This document shows positions 48,207 to 49,014 of a stretch of 49,014 nt of DNA, piece by piece. Source of the stretch: a virus. The position numbers and the translations under genes are program-made. The stretch lies in UHGV virus genome UHGV-1369627; one strand, given 5' to 3'. The first letter of the stretch is position 1. Every line of letters starts with the position of its first letter. The notes beneath the pieces are model-generated. The model saw nothing but the letters and a program-made list of their open reading frames with translations. It had not been told where the DNA came from and did not search any database.

Positions 48207-48242
48207 GTAACGTGCATCAATTAGGATGCACGTTATTTTTAA
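48207..48242 (+). terminator. rho-independent terminator
   Basis: AACGTGCAT-CAATTAGG-ATGCACGTT followed by ATTTTTAA. Confidence 0.65.
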
Positions 48243-48251
48243 TTAAACAAC

Positions 48252-48749
48252 TCAAAACGGAATATCATCATCCATCGGCGGCTCGTTTGCCGGTGGTTTT
48301 GACGTGTTTGATGTTTGCTGAGGTTTACCCCATCCTGATTGCTGATTACTTCCTGACTGTTGCCGCTGCTGTGATTGTTGGTTTCCATTATCACTTGATT
48401 TGCCACCAATCATTTGCATAACGCCGTTCATAGGCTGCAAGACGATTTCAGTAGTGTATTTTTCAACACCGCTTTGATCTGTCCATTTGCGAGTGCGTAA
48501 TTTACCTTCTACATACACCTGAGAGCCTTTGCGCAGGTATTCGCCAGCTACCTCTGCCAGCTTTCCGAAGATAACCACGCGATGCCATTCTGTCTGCTCT
48601 TTCTTTTCACCTGTGGCCTTGTCATTCCACTGTTCTGATGTTGCCAGAGACAGATTGCACACAGCGCCGCCAGATGGCATATATTTAACTTCCGGGTCTT
48701 GGCCGAGTGTGCCCAAAATGATTACTTTGTTGATTCCGCGAGATGCCAT
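48252..48749 (-). CDS. ssb: single-stranded DNA-binding protein
   Basis: OB-fold N-terminus. Gly/Gln-rich linker. Acidic tail DDDIPF. Confidence 0.9.
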   Translation of the reverse strand: MASRGINKVIILGTLGQDPEVKYMPSGGAVCNLSLATSEQWNDKATGEKKEQTEWHRVVIFGKLAEVAGEYLRKGSQVYVEGKLRTRKWTDQSGVEKYTTEIVLQPMNGVMQMIGGKSSDNGNQQSQQRQQSGSNQQSGWGKPQQTSNTSKPPANEPPMDDDIPF

Positions 48750-48758
48750 AATTTACCC

Positions 48759-49014
48759 TTAAAAGTTTTCGATGTTCTGCTGAGATGTTGATGGCTTCTC
48801 TTCGGTTGCAGCTGGCGCAGGCGCTTCTGCTTTCTGGAGTTTGGCCGGGTTGAAATCGTCCTGCGGCGTGATAGTTACAGCTGCTGGAGATTCATCATTA
48901 ATGAATGATTCAATGCGCTCATATTCTTCTGCTGATGCCTTCAATGTAGGCCAGATTGCACGAATTTTTGCTTTCACTGAATCAGGCAAGTTAACTGCCT
49001 CGGCAGTTAACGCA
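48759..49014 (-). CDS. C-terminal part of the Sak4-like ATPase gene that begins at 782
   Basis: No stop upstream to the window end. Reading phase matches the 782..1 ORF. Pro/Ala/Glu-rich tail. Translationally coupled to ssb. Confidence 0.55.
   Translation of the reverse strand, partial: ALTAEAVNLPDSVKAKIRAIWPTLKASAEEYERIESFINDESPAAVTITPQDDFNPAKLQKAEAPAPAATEEKPSTSQQNIENF

Noticed and set aside
1-49014. CRISPR arrays, integrase, repressor or attachment sites
   Set aside because: No direct-repeat and spacer periodicity, no tyrosine or serine recombinase motifs, and no CI-like HTH-peptidase ORF found. The genome reads as strictly lytic.

Overview
The window looks like a complete, virulent siphovirus genome of about 49 kb with a T1-like (Drexlerviridae-like) layout. 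I cannot confirm the classification without database searches. I found no integrase, repressor or CRISPR array. The minus-strand ORF that runs off the left edge (782..1) is in frame, with no stop, with the minus-strand ORF that runs off the right edge (49014..48759). The sequence therefore appears to be a circular or circularly permuted genome opened inside a Sak4-like recombination ATPase gene.

Modules in map order:
- 48252..49014 plus 1..7964, minus strand: recombination and replication genes. These are SSB, Sak4-like ATPase, PD-(D/E)XK exonuclease, VRR-NUC nuclease, SF2 helicase and an HNH endonuclease. A primase lies on the plus strand at 5145..6035 and a 496-aa unknown protein on the minus strand.
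- 7965..8456: a 490-bp AT-rich control region with DnaA-box-like repeats and divergent promoters.
- 8457..11383: small early genes, including a MazG-DUF551 fusion.
- 11486..19634: terS and terL, an HNH, small membrane and early genes, an HNH, portal and a Mu-F-like head morphogenesis gene.
- 19769..26044: two minus-strand genes, then a lysis cassette (GH24 endolysin, holin, Rz with embedded Rz1). After it comes a minus-strand accessory operon, an AP2-HNH, and a Lar-like anti-restriction gene with a winged-helix protein.
- 26227..31150: scaffold/protease, major capsid and a further structural protein, with an HNH inserted.
- 31180..33521, minus strand: a ParB-like nuclease operon that carries a half-size DnaN (beta-clamp) homolog.
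- 33734..35705: head-tail connector and tail completion genes.
- 35925..36177, minus strand: three tRNAs (Met/CAT, Arg/TCT, Ser/GCT) behind a roughly 380-nt untranslated leader.
- 36639..48010: Ig-domain major tail protein, HNH, tail assembly chaperone, tape measure, M/L/K/I-J-like tip proteins and a beta-helix (depolymerase-like) tail fiber.

Two promoter families are visible. The early family is TTGACGTAGATT linked to a -10, or TTGAC(G/A)-N17-TAGATT. The late family is nine extended -10 promoters of the form TGnTA(A/T/C)AAT in front of structural and lysis operons. Most operon ends carry strong, often bidirectional, rho-independent terminators.

The most unusual item is the truncated DnaN-like protein in the ParB-like operon. 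Six free-standing HNH endonucleases sit at module junctions.
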